DNA of 64,000 nt, from NCBI GenBank assembly GCA_951406725.2, contig OX597829.1, positions 15,562,001-15,626,000 on the forward strand, written 5' to 3'. A model generated the notes under the pieces. The model was not told where the DNA came from, searched no databases, and was given only the letters and a program-made list of their open reading frames with translations. This DNA is from Octopus vulgaris. Its lineage: Eukaryota. Below are positions 1 through 15,732 of this stretch, in pieces. Both the position numbers and the translations under genes were made by a program. Positions within the stretch are counted from its first letter, which is position 1, and each line of letters opens with the position of its first letter.

Positions 1-472
1 CAAACATTTTTCTGTGAACGTTATGTTTTTAAAACAGCTGCATTAATACTTCTTCTACTGCCCCATCAGTTTACCTTTATGTTCCTGAGGTTTATGCACC
101 ATTTAACTCATCAACTATATAATCGAGTTTTTATGCAATATCTGTGTTGGCTTTATTTTGGCTTTTCTTTTGTACTTTTCAGTTGTTATTTTAGCGCTCT
201 GTATGTGTGTGTGTGCGTGTGTAGTGGGGTGGATGTGTTTGAGTGTAAGTGCGTCTGTGTGTGTGTGTGTGTGTGGAAGTGTGTATGTATGTGTGTGAGT
301 ATGGTATGTATGCGTGTGTGTTTGGTGTGCGCGGGTGTGTGTTTCTGTTGAGTGAGTTGACTACATACGTTGCGCTATTTGGTTAGTTCGTTATATGGTC
401 GGTCGGTCGGGGTGTTTTGGGGTCGGCTCGGGTGTCGATCGTATCGAGATTAAGTGTGACTTCTATGGTGGT

Positions 473-1062
473 GTATACTATACTGGACGGCAATTCTGTT
501 GAAGGTGAGCTCTAATCATTGTTGGTATAATCTTACAACAATTCTGCTTGTTTCTCCTGTATTTAGCCCGTACGTAACGCTTTCACGTGATTGGGTGGAG
601 ATGAATATCTATGGAGAGAAAAGTGAAGGGGAGCAAGGGGAGCAAGAGAAGGAAGGGGGAGAGGTAGTGGCAACTGTAATGTTTTATTTTTACTACGATT
701 TTTCCCTCGTTACAAAGCCTGTCTGTAACGCTTTCACGTGATTAGCTGAAAGGAAAGGCGAAGAGCGAGAGCAAAAGGAGAGAGAAAAAGAGGGAAAGGC
801 GAAGAGTAAAAGAAAAAGAGGGTGAGTGCTGTGTTTTAAGTCGATAAAATTGAGCTTAAAATATATAAGGTGTATACATGAAGTGCGTTAAGTAATCACT
901 GTATTCCAATTTCTTTCACTTTTCAATGAGTAGCAGATGAGCGACTGTCTTTTCATACAAACACAACACAGACTACGCTTTCAGGTTTTTTGGCCAAAGT
1001 TTTCAGAAATAACCCAAAAGGCTTACCAGTAATTCCGTGAAATATTCACGGGTCCCCCTACT
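473..1062 (+). mobile_element. Possible degenerate non-autonomous Helitron-like element
   Basis: Subterminal hairpin CCGTGAA-ATA-TTCACGG (1035-1051) followed ~7 nt later by CTAC (degenerate CTAG). Internal duplicated motif TAACGCTTTCACGTGATT. 5' end only loosely defined. Confidence 0.35.
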
Positions 1063-1097
1063 GTGAAATATTGCAGTTAGTGTTTATCGTGGAAGGT

Positions 1098-1412
1098 TCA
1101 TGGCTATGTGGTTAGTGTATTCAGCTCACAATTGTAAGTTCGCGAGTTCGATTCCTGATGCTAGTTGTGTCCTTGAGCAACACACTTTATTTCATGTTTC
1201 AATCCAACCAGCTGGGCAAAAGTGAATTGTACCTGTATTTGAAAAGGGGCCAACATTGTCAAACTCTGTGTCATGCTGTATCTTCCTGCGAATTACATTA
1301 AGGGTACGTATGTCTCTGGAGTGCTCGGTCACTTGCACGTTAATTTCACGAGCAGGTTATACCGCTGATCGGTTCAACTGCAACATTCGTCGTAGTAACC
1401 GACGAAGTGCCA
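1098..1412 (+). mobile_element. tRNA-derived SINE (family C), old copy
   Basis: A-box-like TGGCTATGTGG, B-box GAGTTCGATTCC, then central motif TGTGTCCTTGAGCAA; body resembles 30660-30915. Confidence 0.65.
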
Positions 1413-2120
1413 TAGTGCTATCGTATGGCAGGCTTGTGCTGCGTTATATTATTACTGGATATATATAATGATGAATATAATGGTGATCGTGTAGAGTATG
1501 TGCTGTGGTATTTTATTAAATGGTGATTGATTAAAGTATGTATAGCAATAGTGTTGGTCGTATGAGATATTGCTATGTGAAATGGTGTAATGTGTTATTG
1601 GATTGGAAATGTCTTGCGGCTCTCTTTTCACTGTAAATACAGTTATTTAGTTCTGGCACGGTGAGATTACTTTCTTTTCATGTTCTTCTTTTGCTCCAGT
1701 TTTTATTGATACTGTTTTCACTTTCATAATGCGCATCCCGCTTATTTCTTGTCAACCCCCGTATACACGCACATCTTTTGACATAAATGAAATTAATCTC
1801 CCTCTCTCTCACACCAACACACTGTGTAAACGAACACGCAGGCACACACTCTCACACACATTTATATATATATATATATATATATACATATATATAAATA
1901 TATATATATATTTGCATATATACGTAAAATCATTTCATCGGTGTCTTCTCCAACTAGATACAACTATAAATATTAATAACATGTAACATATTGTGTTCTT
2001 AAAAACCTCGACCGAAAATGGTTGAAGTCTCCTGCGAGACGCAAGCCTGCACCTTGTGTACTGTGTGTGTTTATGCTTGTGTTTACAACAGATATGCACA
2101 CACGCATACATTTATTATCC

Positions 2121-2190
<70 letters not shown>

Positions 2191-3121
2191 TATATATTAT
2201 TTATATATATACATATATTATATATTATATATATATATATATAATTATATATATTATATATATACATATATTTTATATAATATATACAAAATATATGCAC
2301 ACATGCATACATATATGTATATGCGTATATTCCTCTGTGTGTGCGTGGGAATGTGAGGATGAAGCCGTTAATCTTCCTTCGTCTTCCATTTAAACTGTTG
2401 CAGGTCAACAACTGTAGGTAACACGTAAGTAGAGAGTAGATTCTGGAGAGAAAAGATCTTGGCATAGTTCGTAGAGCGGATCCAGCTGGGTGTTGAGCTC
2501 AAGAAAATAGACAGAGAAGATATGAGAGGGCCAGGGTAGCTGAATTGAGGTGAAACATGACTTCGCGCTGTCTTGTAGGAACATAGATCATTATGGTGGT
2601 GGTGTATTTAAAGCATGGTCATGATGTTGTTTCTTGTACTAATTCACATGGGATAAATATAACTATGTTTTATTCTTTCTTAACATTTCTATTTTTACTT
2701 GTCTTTGTTTAGTTCCTTCCCCTTTTATTGGATTCCTTGGTAGAACAGGGTTGTGCTAATGGCTCTCAGCAGGTTTTCTAGTATCGGTAATATTAATATG
2801 TTTAAGGTTTCTCTTAAGTAGATGACGGCCGCAGAAACAACGTGGGCTGTATATTAGAAATGTATATTATACATGATTTAATAACAATTAACTCTCTTTA
2901 GATCCCTTGGTTGCCACATCACTTACATCGAAAACATTTGATGTAGCAAGCCTGCTTTCGTGTCTATTAAGTTTTGAGTGATGTAGGTTTAAGCCGTAAA
3001 TAACTCAAATATTTAAGCTCATGCTGAAATGCATTTTTGCTTGTACACCTAGCTATATAAATATTATATATGTTGCGTAGATAGACAAACATATTGCCGC
3101 ACACGTAAGTAGATAGAGAGG

Positions 3122-3225
<104 letters not shown>

Positions 3226-3360
3226 CAGGTAGATAGATATGTAGCAGGTAGGTAGGTAGGTAGGTAGGTATGTAGGTAGGTAGGTAGGTAGGTAGGTAGG
3301 TAGGTAGGAAGGAAGGTAGGCAGGTAGGTATGTAGGTAGGTAAGTAGATATATAGATAAT

Positions 3361-3410
3361 ATTCTGTTTCTTTATGAGCCACACAGGGCTGAACACAGAG
3401 GGGACAAATA
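3361..3410 (-). mobile_element. 50-bp 3'-terminal fragment of the Tx1-like LINE inside a (TAGA)n tract
   Basis: TTTCTTTATGAGCCACACAGGGCTGAACACAGAGGGGACAAATA matches the 3' ends at 15733 and 22415. Confidence 0.8.
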
Positions 3411-3418
3411 GATAGATT

Positions 3419-3471
<53 letters not shown>

Positions 3472-5148
3472 ATAGACAGACAAGCAGACAGATAAGCAGG
3501 CAGGCAGGCATGTAGGCTGACAAGCAGACAGACTGGCAGGCAGGTAGGCAGACAGGCAGGCAGGCAGACAGACCGACAGATATATAGATAGATAGACGGA
3601 CGGACGGACGGACGGATGGATCGATGGATCGATGGATGGACGGATGGATGGATCGATCGATCGACAGAACGTTAGACAGACAGGTGCACAGAACAGCTAG
3701 GGGGAATGTGTATGTGTGTGTGTGTATGTGTGTGTACGTGTGTGAGAGAGTGGGAGATTGTTGGATAAAGAAAGGGAGGCTTAAGATAACTAAAGCGTTC
3801 ATACAGTGACAGAATCATATTATAAAAAGAAAACGACCGAAGTGTGATGGTGTAACAATATACAAGTGAAAAGTTGTTAGATGATGTCAAAGTGACCATA
3901 CTCTAGAAGCTGACAATTCAATCAAAGAGGCGGCTTAAGGCAAGTATTAAGCAAAACATACAGGGAAACACATTAGAAAACACACAAACACGCAAAACAT
4001 ACAGAAAAGTACAACTGCATATTACTGTGTTTAATTCTAATGCAAAACAAAAATGAAAACAAAACAAAACAAAACACTGCATACTCCCAAGGCATATAGA
4101 GCTACTTTGAATGGTACAGTGAATACACACAATATCATCTTATACAAGAAAAAGTTTAATCATTTGCCCAAAGGTTAAAGTGAGAAAGTGTAATTTGAAT
4201 TTTATGCATGAAAAGAGCTAATATGGGGCGTGCAAAATACTGCATCGCCAGCAACAAATAAAAACCTGTACCTGATAAAAATGATGACATTTTAAACAAA
4301 GAGCCATTTTTATTCCCCCAAGAATCGAAAATAAAACGGAAAAGCCATTAACAGTCCCGAGAGAAATACATTTGCATACTACATGTATTTTTAAAAGCTA
4401 CACTTTACTCAAAATCGTGACTTTCACAACATACACACGTAACATCAAGAGAGAAAAATAGCAATATAGATGGAACGTTGAATCACAGAATACTAAATAT
4501 TTTGAGAAGATGCTTTCTTTAAAAGCAAAGAATATATCAGATATAAAAATGAAACACCTAAACAGAGGAAACAAAGAAAATACAAAAATAGTAACATTTT
4601 TGAAGAAAATTCACACTGATATTCCTAACGAAACAAAACGAATAAACAAGAGAAGAAAGCGTAACAAAACCTCAGCTTGTATGTATATTGTGTAACAAAA
4701 ACAGAAATGCACTAATGAAAAATATAATATGAAGAGAAGTGAGTTTGATAAACATCTAAGAGTAGAGTGTTGCAAGGTGGGACATTTTAAGTATGACATT
4801 AATCTAAAGGTGGTAAGAGTTAAAGAATTAATATCGATAGATCTTCGTATGTCCCAACGAAAGAATTCTCTCTACCGAGAATAAAGTCAAAGAGCGTCTT
4901 CAGAGAAACAGAAGGAATGCCTTTAACACACAGATAAGTAAAACGAATCTATAACACACTGCCATATTAAGATAGGTACCTCCTCAGAATATGGCTTATA
5001 GAAACATTTAAACCGAAGCAAACGATGTAGAAAAAGATGAAAAACGAAAATATCTTTCACAGTGTGATATGAAATTAAAAACGAAAATATAAATGAAAAA
5101 AATAAATGCAAGGAAAATCCTACTCTTATCTCTCACTCGCTCTTTCTT

Positions 5149-5232
<84 letters not shown>

Positions 5233-5334
5233 TCACTCACTCACTCTATCTGTCTTTTTCTTTTTCTTTCTTTCTCGATCTATCTATTATCTATATCTTT
5301 CTTTAGGAATGCGTGTGCATGTACATAAGTATAT

Positions 5335-5573
<239 letters not shown>

Positions 5574-5900
5574 ATTATGTATTCATATATATATATATAT
5601 ATATATACATACATAACTGTGTGTCTGTGTGGGGGGTATGTGTGTGTGTGTGCGTGTTTGTGTGTGAAGGTGCATGTGTGTACGTATGTATATTATGAAT
5701 TGAATTCCATTCTCGTGACTTTAGTTTCGGGCGCCTGGCGATAGCTGTGCCATGAAACTCGATAAGTGGGAAAGGAATTCCTTTTCTTCAAAAATAAACC
5801 ATATACTCTACATGAATTGGTAATTACTTCCTCATTTGTTGAAAAACGTAATGCTTGAAATAATATACATACACACACGTACGCGTTATATATATATATG

Positions 5901-5981
<81 letters not shown>

Positions 5982-6168
5982 ATATACACATACACATATA
6001 CAGAGAGACAGACATGCAAGTATATTTGGCAAAAGGAACAGAGTGAATCAAGGCTGATAGTTTCGTGCGTTAGCAATTATTAGCGCAAACTCCCGGGCCT
6101 TGAGTCAATATGTTGCTTCTGGTAAATATCGCTCCCTCTCCCCCCTCTCCCTCTCTTTCCATATATAT

Positions 6169-6236
<68 letters not shown>

Positions 6237-6277
6237 CCAAACATGAATATATGTACATACACATATAAATATATGTA

Positions 6278-6328
<51 letters not shown>

Positions 6329-7671
6329 TTATATATATATACACACATATATGTACACACATATATATATATATACATACACACACACATTTATGTATAC
6401 ATATACATATACATATATATACACAGACATATGTGTGTACTTGTGTATGTGTATATATATATAAATTCATATACACACACACATATATGTATACATAAAC
6501 ATATATATATACGTATATATACACACACATATGTGTGTGTGTTTATGTGTTATGACAGGTCCCATCATACGGTTTTTTCCATATGGACGACCTTCAACAG
6601 TGAATTATTTGTAAATATGAAACGGAATTTTTTCGTCAATGATATAGGCATTAGAACTATTCAGTGTTTCCTTACTGTGAACTCTATGTTGCATATATAA
6701 TATAGGCTCAAACTATAACCTGTTTATATGCTTTAATATAGTGTCTATATTCATATGTACGAGCATGTATGTCCTTGTGTATACGTGCGTGCGCCTGTGT
6801 GCGTGTGTGTGTGTGTGTGTGTGATGAAGGTCTTTATCATGGTGGTGGATACGGTGGTAGTGTGGTAGTTTTAAGAGTTATAATGATGAGAGTCTGTTTA
6901 TGGTTGAATGTTATGTTCGTGGTATTAAAATCAATGCGAACGGGGGTTGTAGATTGTAGTGGCGGTAATGATCAAGATGTTGGGTTAGTCGCTGTCATGA
7001 TGATAGTGTTGATAGCTGAGGGTTTAGATATAGCAACACAAGTGACAGCAACAGCAGCAACAGCAGCAGCTGCAGCAGCAATAGTACTTGTAGCAGCGGC
7101 AGTAGTAGTAGCAATATTAGCATCAAGCAGCAGCAGCTGCTGCAGCAAATATGGTCTTTCCGCTTTGTTCTAGTCTTTAACTAAAACTATATTTGCAAAA
7201 TTTTTACTTCAAATTGTGCTAACGTTTTATTCTTGTTCTTGTTTTCCCTCCTTTTTATTTTGTTGCTTTCTTTCGATGTCTTCGTCTTTCTTGTTTACTG
7301 TTTTTCTGCGATTTTAAATATTTTTTTTATTTTTCTTCTCTTGAAATTTGTTCTATATGTGTCTCCCTCCTTCTATTGTCTTCTGCTCGTTATCTTTATT
7401 TTCCTCTTTCTACATTTGTCCTCCCCCCCCCTACCCATGACACCCATTATATCTTACACAGTTATAGTGTCCCACTTTATTCATGTTATGGAAATCAGAT
7501 AAATTCTGACATTAAGACAATCATGACATCGCAATCTTTACGATTTCCTCCTTTTTTTTTATTTTATTAAATGAAAGTATAGTTGCCACATTTTTTTATA
7601 CATTTTCTATTATTCATTCATACCGTCTTTTGTAGTTGATTATATGCACTCTCACACAAACACACGTGCAC

Positions 7672-7720
<49 letters not shown>

Positions 7721-8444
7721 AATATATGCATATGTACGCCACACACACATAATACATACATATATACAACATGTATATATATATATACACATATACATGT
7801 ATATATGTAGATATGTATGTGTATGTATTTGCATTTGTGTGTGTGTGTGTGTGTGTGATATTAAATTGCATGAAAGCAGGAATTGCGTAATCATCTCCAT
7901 TAGCTTACAGCTGTTTCGGCTACATGATACAGTGCACTCAAAACCGAGTAGATGTACAACTAATTATAGCTTCCTCAGACCTAATTAGCGTATTATATTT
8001 TTGGAAAGCACAATTTAACTTGATTTTTTTTTAAATTAAAGAGTTTATACGGTGAAATATTTCATTATGTAGAGTAAATAATTACTTTTTTTCTGATCTT
8101 TGTTTTTTCACAGAGTTAAGTCATTTAGCAGCCGAGAGGAAAGAGAGAGTTCTTTGTGTATACATAGATTATAATTATTTGCAAAACGTCTTACATAGAC
8201 AGTAATTTCAGTTCTAACTACAAACAAAATTCACAAGCCGCTTCATAATATACTCTCTAGGTGCAGATATTAGTTTCATAGCAGTAATCCCTCTCGGCCA
8301 AATTTGTGGTGATTTTTATACGTACATACATACATACATACATACATACATACATACATACATACATACATACATACATACATACATACATACATACATG
8401 CAAGCATTCATACATACATGTACACACAGACACACACACATTCG

Positions 8445-9285
8445 TGGTTGTGTGGTAAGAAGCTTGCTTCCCAACCACATGGTTCCGGGTTAAGTCCCAC
8501 TGTGTGGCACCTTGGGCAAAGGTCATCTACTATAGGCTCGGGTCGACCAAAGCCTTATCAGTAGATCTAGTAGACGGAAACTGAAAGATGATCGTCGTAT
8601 ATGTATGTATATATATAAATATATATATATATATCTTTTAACTTTTACCTGTTTCAATCATTAGACTGTGGCCATGCTTGGGGACTGTCTTGAATTTTTA
8701 GTCGAATGAATTGACCCCCAGTACTTATTTTTTAAGCCTGGTACTTATTCTATCGGTCTGTTTTGCCGAACACTAGCACCGGTTGTCAAGCGGTGATGGT
8801 GGAACAAACACAGACGCAAAGACACACACACACACACACATATATATATACGTACATACACATATATACGATGGGCTTCTTTCAGTTTCCGCCTACCAAA
8901 TCCACTCAAATGATTTTGGTCAGCCCGAGGCTAAAGTAGAAGACCTTTGCCGAAGGTGCCACGTAGTGGGACTGAACCCAAAACCATGTCATTGGGAAAC
9001 AAGTTTCTTACCACACAACTACTCCTGCGCCTTGCGTGTGTGTGTGTGTGTGTCTTTGTGTCTGTGCTTGTCCCCCCCCACCACCACCACCGCTTTACAA
9101 CCAGTGTTTTTGTGTGTTTATGTGCCCGTAACCTAGCGTTTCGACAATAATAAATCGATATAATAAATACCAGGTTTTTAAAAAAATACTGAGGTAGATA
9201 TATTCGACTATAAATTCTTCAAGGCGGTGCCCCACCATGGCCGCAGTCTAATGACGGAAACAAGAAAAAGATAAAGGAAAAGATA
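8445..9285 (+). mobile_element. tRNA/CORE-type SINE (family A) split by a nested antisense copy
   Basis: Head 8445-8600 (GGTTCCGGGTTAAGTCCC, CACCTTGGGCAA) and tail 9035-9285 (CATGGCCGCAGTCTAATGACGGAAACAAG) match the two halves of the intact copy at 32363-32826. Confidence 0.75.
8635..9031 (-). mobile_element. Family A SINE, near full length
   Basis: Reverse complement of the 32363-32826 element; 5' end AGGCGCAGGAG at 9031. Confidence 0.85.
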
Positions 9286-9434
9286 ATATATGACTCTGTG
9301 TGTGTGTAAGTGTGTGTGTGTATAAGTGCATGTGTGTGTACACATATATATATTTATATATGTGTGTGTGTGCGTGCGTGTGTGCGTGCATGTGTGTATG
9401 CATATATATAGGAAGATAGAGGGAGAGAGGGATT

Positions 9435-10560
9435 TCGATAATCTTCTCAAATTTGGCCGGAGTGCCATATATTTCAAGCAAGGCCCTAACCCACCCACCC
9501 TTTCAGCACTATCGAAAACCTTCATAAAGTCGATGAGTGCAAATCAGACGTTTGTTCTAAAGACTTTTGTTGGATCTGACGTAGGCTAATATTGATATCG
9601 TTGGTGGATCTAGGCATACAAAATCCACGCTGGTTTTGTGGTAAGTTTTCTCTCGGATATTTTTCGCAACATTTCAAGCTGTGTTACTGCTAGTATTTTC
9701 ACTGCAATTGAGAATTTCCTCATAGTCCTGTCGATCACCTTTATGCATTGAAAATGGTAACTACCTGCGCAAACTTTGCTGACATGGAGAATTCTATAGT
9801 GTAGTTCTTTGCTATCAACACCTAGAACTTTCTCTGATTTCCTCTCATGTGAGGCTGTTGTCAGTTCCTCCACATTAGGTGGTAAGATCAAATTGGGATC
9901 TTCCGGAAGTCATGGTTGCATTCCAAGGCTTCTCGACCTAAATTAATGAAGATTAGTTTAATGATTCACCGAAATATTCTCGTCAGTATTTTATGGTGTC
10001 GTCTTTGCCGTTATAGACATATAGGTGGCGTGCTGGCAGAAACGTTTGCACAACGGGCGAAATGGTTAACGGTATTTCGTCTGCCGTTACGTTCTGAGTC
10101 CAATTTCCGTCGAGGTCGACTTTGCCTTTCATCCTTTCGGGGTCGATTAAATAAGTACCAGTTACGCACTGGGGTCGATATAATCGACTTAACCCATTTG
10201 TCTGCCCTCTCTGTGTTTAACCCCTTGTGGGTAGTAAAGAAATAGGTATAGACATATTAGCCATCTAATATTCCTTACTGATGCACTTCCACCTCTCTTG
10301 GAGAAAACAGGGAAGGCTTTCATATTATGAATGTCAGCAAGGTCTGAACTCTTGTCAGCAATAAGGGAATCGTGTTTTGGACCTGGCTTGTAGCTAGTCA
10401 TCCCCTAATGACAGCTTGACTGTACCTTCGTTTTTCAGGTTCCAGCCTCCTAATTTTCCTGTCAGGCAACTTTCCTCCAGAAATATCACAGCTGCAGTGC
10501 CATTGTCAGCTGACAGTCAGGCAGCACGTAATTAGCACGATTTCTGACAACAATCGTGAT
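9435..10560 (-). pseudogene. Decayed RTE-clade LINE reverse transcriptase fragment, interrupted by a SINE
   Basis: Broken frames give ADIHNMKAF, LPPNVEEL...KVLGVD, IDFMKVFDS and LEIYGTPAKFEKII, in the order expected for RTE RT motifs (KAPGxD, IDFxKAFDS, YGxPxKF). Confidence 0.65.
10023..10248 (+). mobile_element. SINE family B (tRNA-like head, Nin/Deu-like core, Tx1-like tail)
   Basis: Core GTCGACTTTGCCTTTCATCCTTTCGGGGTCGA and tail TGTGTTTAACCCCTTGTGGGTAGTAAAGAAAT shared with copies at 30919, 39706, 45599 and 60635. Confidence 0.85.
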
Positions 10561-10584
10561 GCGGAGGTGGGGACCTTTGCGTAT

Positions 10585-10845
10585 TGTCGACTGTGTGTCT
10601 CTGTGTCTGCGTTTGTTACTCAACCTTCACCTGACGACCGATGTTGGTGTGTTTACATCCCCGTAACTTAGTTCGGCAACAACAAAAAAACGATAAAATA
10701 AGTACTAGGCTTACAAAGAATAAATCCTGGGGTTGATTGTTTCGACTAAAACAAAACATCAATACAAAAACTTTCAGGAGGTGCTGCAGCATGACGCAGT
10801 CAAAATGACTAAAACAAGTAAAAGAACAAAAGAATAAAAGAATCT
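10585..10845 (+). mobile_element. Family A SINE 3' half
   Basis: CCGATGTTGGTGTGTTTACATCCCCGTAACTTAG...GACTAAAACAAGTAAAAGA tail. Confidence 0.75.
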
Positions 10846-11478
10846 CAATTATGTAGCTATATTTATAAAATATGTCATAGCAGACGTACGATAGATATTT
10901 TCTCTTTGATAATTAATCTTTTACTCGGTTATCTCATAGTATTTTAATCTCTTGAGAATACAGAATATTTTTAATACCAGTTACTCACGAATACCGTGTG
11001 TCTGACATATCATTCGGTGCTTTAAGTATTATATTAGGGCTGAAATAGTAAGTCACGTGATTCATTAAGGTGTCAGAAGCGTTCAAGAAAACTACTTCTT
11101 GTTTTTTTCTTCTTTTCTTTTGCCTTTCGTGTGGAATTTAAAAGTCTTAGGTTAGCCTTCAAATGAATTTCAGTTATGCCCGTACCCAATTTTTTTTAAT
11201 ATATATACTACAGACAGGAAATTTTAACAATCAATGTCTATGTAGACAATATTTTTTTAGTGAATTTAATGTTTTTCGTAATTGGAATGCATGTGAGATC
11301 TTCTTGTGCATGTTCTTCATTCATGAAAAACGAGTCAATAATGTATTTTAAAATGGATGTAAGAAAGTAATCTGTCGAGAATTTTCTAAAATGATTGAAT
11401 GGAGGAATCTAAAGTGGACAGAAAGTGTGAGTTGTCTAGGTTACTTGTGTAGTCGGTGAGAGATCGAGTTAAAACTGT

Positions 11479-11534
11479 GATAGATAGACAGACGGACGGA
11501 CAGACAGACAGACAGAGAGACAGATAGATGGATG

Positions 11535-11590
<56 letters not shown>

Positions 11591-11591
11591 C

Positions 11592-11674
<83 letters not shown>

Positions 11675-11683
11675 CATAGATAC

Positions 11684-11748
<65 letters not shown>
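11479..11748. repeat. (GATA/GACA)n microsatellite
   Basis: Direct inspection. Confidence 0.95.
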
Positions 11749-11979
11749 CCGACAAATAGCATTTCTTATTACCAAAAAAGTAAGTAATTAAAATTTAATT
11801 AAAAAAAACGTATATCAGTAAGTTTTTTTTTTTAAAACTTAAAGAACTGATATTCATCATTTTCTTTCCATTTTGTAGCAAACTTAATTTTAAAAAAATA
11901 ATAAATCTCCTGTTTTTGAAAGTGGTAACTTAATGTGTTTCGAAGACAGTTTTGAGAATGATATTCGTGTGTGGTTGTG

Positions 11980-12231
11980 TACATACATACATACATACAT
12001 ACATACATACATACATGCACGCATACATACATATATACATACATACATGCATTCATACATACATATTTACATACATACAAACATACATACATACATGCAT
12101 ACATACATACACACATACATACATACATACATGCAAACATACATACATACATACATGCATGCATACATACATAGATATATACATACATGCATTCATACAT
12201 ACATATTTACATACATATATGCATTCATACA

Positions 12232-12267
<36 letters not shown>

Positions 12268-13400
12268 CATACATACATGCATGCATACATGCATACATGC
12301 ATACATACATATACATACATACATACATACATACGTATGTACATACATACATACATATATACATGCATACATACATACACAGACAGATAGACAGACAGAC
12401 AGACAAGGGAGAGAATTTGAGAGACGATTGTGCGTACTGGATAACAGGTCGAGGTGAAAGTAAGAACAAAAACACGACAGAACGCTGCCGCTGCGTCGCT
12501 GGTTGTCTTCGTGACATTAAATGATATTCAGAAAAAACTGAAGTGAACAAATCCAGTGTTTAGGTCACATACATACATACATACATACATACATACATAC
12601 ATACATACATACATACATACATGCATACATACATACATACATACATACATACATACATACATACATACATACATACATACATACATACATACATACATAC
12701 ATACATACATTCATACATACATGCATACATGCATACATACATACACACATACATGCATACATACATACATACATACATACACACACATACATATATACAG
12801 ACATACAAACACATACATACATGCATACACACATACATACATACACAAATACATACATACATTCATACATACATTCATACACACATACATACATACATAC
12901 ATACACACATACATACATGTATACACACACACATACATACATACACACACATATACATATATGCATACATACATATATACATGCATACATACATGCATAC
13001 ACACACACATACATACATACACACACACATACATGCATACATACATACATATATACATGCATACACATACATACATACACGCATACCTACATACATCCAA
13101 ACATACATTCATACACACATACATACATACATTCACACATACATACATGTATACACACACACATACATACATACATATATACATACATACATACATACAG
13201 GCATACATACATACATACATACATACATACATGCATACATACATACATACATACATACATACATACATACATACATACATACATACATACATACATACAT
13301 ACATACATACATACATACATACATACACGCGCGCGCGCAAATGCACACGCGCGCGCGCAAATGCGCACGCACACACACATACATACATACACAAACATAC
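11980..13400. repeat. Long degenerate (CATA)n tract with a ~170-bp non-repeat interruption at ~12405-12567
   Basis: Direct inspection; explains the HTYI/MYVC ORFs. Confidence 0.95.
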
Positions 13401-15546
13401 AATTATCTATAAATGCATAAAGAAGTAGAGAATGGAAGAGAAGGGGATTTGAAAAACCAAATCGGGGTTTTTGTTGGACAGATTTCACACAAATTATAAT
13501 AATGATCAGATTATTTCATTTGTTCAAATGCAGATTTTCTGAGTCAGAATATTTTCCCGGTTCAGGTGAATACATCGTTTGATAGTCAGTCATGGCTGGA
13601 TTGATAAAAAGAAAGTGCGCTCATGTAATGGATCTTATAGTCGTGATAATAGAACGTTCTCATGTAAAGTTATTGTGTCACAAAAGTATATTTATTGCGG
13701 CTTTATGATGGGGAGAGTGAGATATCGACGTTTCACTTGTAAAGTCTATTTCTGCTTCTTGAACTTCTTTTTCTTTATTTAACAGTGGTGCTGTTTAGAA
13801 TGACCAATGAAACCTATCTACGTTGCTGTAAATACAACACATTCAATTAAATTTCCATCTAAAGTGAATAACTGATATTTCTTGTACCAACACAAAAGTG
13901 ATGGAAATTTTATTTTATTTCATTTTATGCTTTAAATCTCAGGCAAAATTCGACCAGAGAACTAATAGTTGCTAAACGGCTCAGTCTTACTCGGTACTCG
14001 GTTTAAATTCATGGAAGGTCCCATTTAAATATCAAATTCCTTACATCCAAACTGTTGCTCTCCTAAAATCAGAAAAAAAAAGAAAGAAAAATATACATTT
14101 AAAAATAAGAATTTAATATCAACTTTAAGCTTTAACATTCTCTTACATTATGCAAACCAGATTACACTTTTAAAGCTGAAGAAGGAAATAGAATTTTCAG
14201 AATGATTTATTTTGAGATCCCTTGCAATTATGGCGTCGTTCTTTTACTTTCTTTTTTTTGTCTTTTTTTTCTTTTTTACCTATACGTTTCCAAATAAAAA
14301 TTTTATGCCACAAAATCAGCTGTAAGCTAGAATTTATCCATAAAAATACTACAAATGCACATAAACATCATTTTCAGTTCGTTCTTGGTGTTCAGTGAAA
14401 GAAAAAAAAATACCTGAAAGAGAAATGAATATTTTAAACCTAAACATAAAAATGTATTTATTCTTTATTTGCTGAGGAACTCTTTTGAACTATTAACGGT
14501 ACTTACTCAACAGTTTAAGGATGTAACATGAATTTCTATCCATTCCAATATTTTTACTTCTTCCTTGACTGATTCGTTGAGACATATTTCTCTAAGTATA
14601 CTTTATATTCCTTCGCAAAAAATATACCTCCATATGTCATTAGATACAGAGTTACAAATGGTAGATGTTTTTAAGGGAATATACAATTTTCGTATACTAT
14701 AATTTTTCATCTATTTATTTATTAACTTTTTCTATAGGCTTTTACCTATCTTTTTTCTCCTATTCATTTTTATTTTTTCCCATTTTATACCTCCTCATTC
14801 CTCTCTATCTCCCTCGTTCTCTCTAGAAACGTGATAAATAAAGTCAATTTCTCTACTTTTAATAATCATACGACTGTAATAAATAGAGTAAATTGATCAA
14901 GCCTAAAATAATCAGAGATACTAACCAATCGATTGATCGTATAAGGTCGGGAAATGGCAGCTGTACTGTCCTTGAAATAGGAACTAATGATCTAAGTGAA
15001 GATAAACGAACTACAGCAACGTGTAGTGAACAAGATGTTGAAATCTCTTCACACAAGCAGCATTTACCGTTAAAGAAGGCTTCCTTCTGATATGGATGTT
15101 TAATACAAAGAGTAACAGAGAAACAATGAATATATACGCATAAACACATACACACACACACATACAAACACTCGTGTGTGCGTACACACATAGGTAGCTA
15201 AATAAATGTATGCTTTCATTAGCAAAGAGATATAACATATGTGTTTGATTGATAATATAAATATTTACTGTTGACGACATAACAATTTTTATAAACTTCG
15301 AAAGAACATAACATAGAACATCTTTTTTTTTAATGGTGAATTTCGAAGCAAATAAAGCTACAAATATATTTATAGCTTTATTTTCTTCGAGATCCACCAT
15401 TCCAAAGCTGAAATAATTATTTCCCGTTATTTCAGATTATATTGCAATTCTTAAAATGATTTATAAGTGTAAACAAATATATGTGCATCTATATTTATGT
15501 AGATAATAGAACGATAGATCGATCGATCGATAGATAGATAGATAGC

Positions 15547-15622
<76 letters not shown>

Positions 15623-15627
15623 CAGAC

Positions 15628-15732
<105 letters not shown>

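Noticed and set aside
1098-1160. tRNA gene calls at SINE heads
   Set aside because: A/B boxes run into SINE bodies and no full cloverleaf is evident.
14893-15090. VLEIGTNDLS resembling the SGNH hydrolase GxND block, or a host exon
   Set aside because: Single short motif, no other SGNH blocks or splice support.
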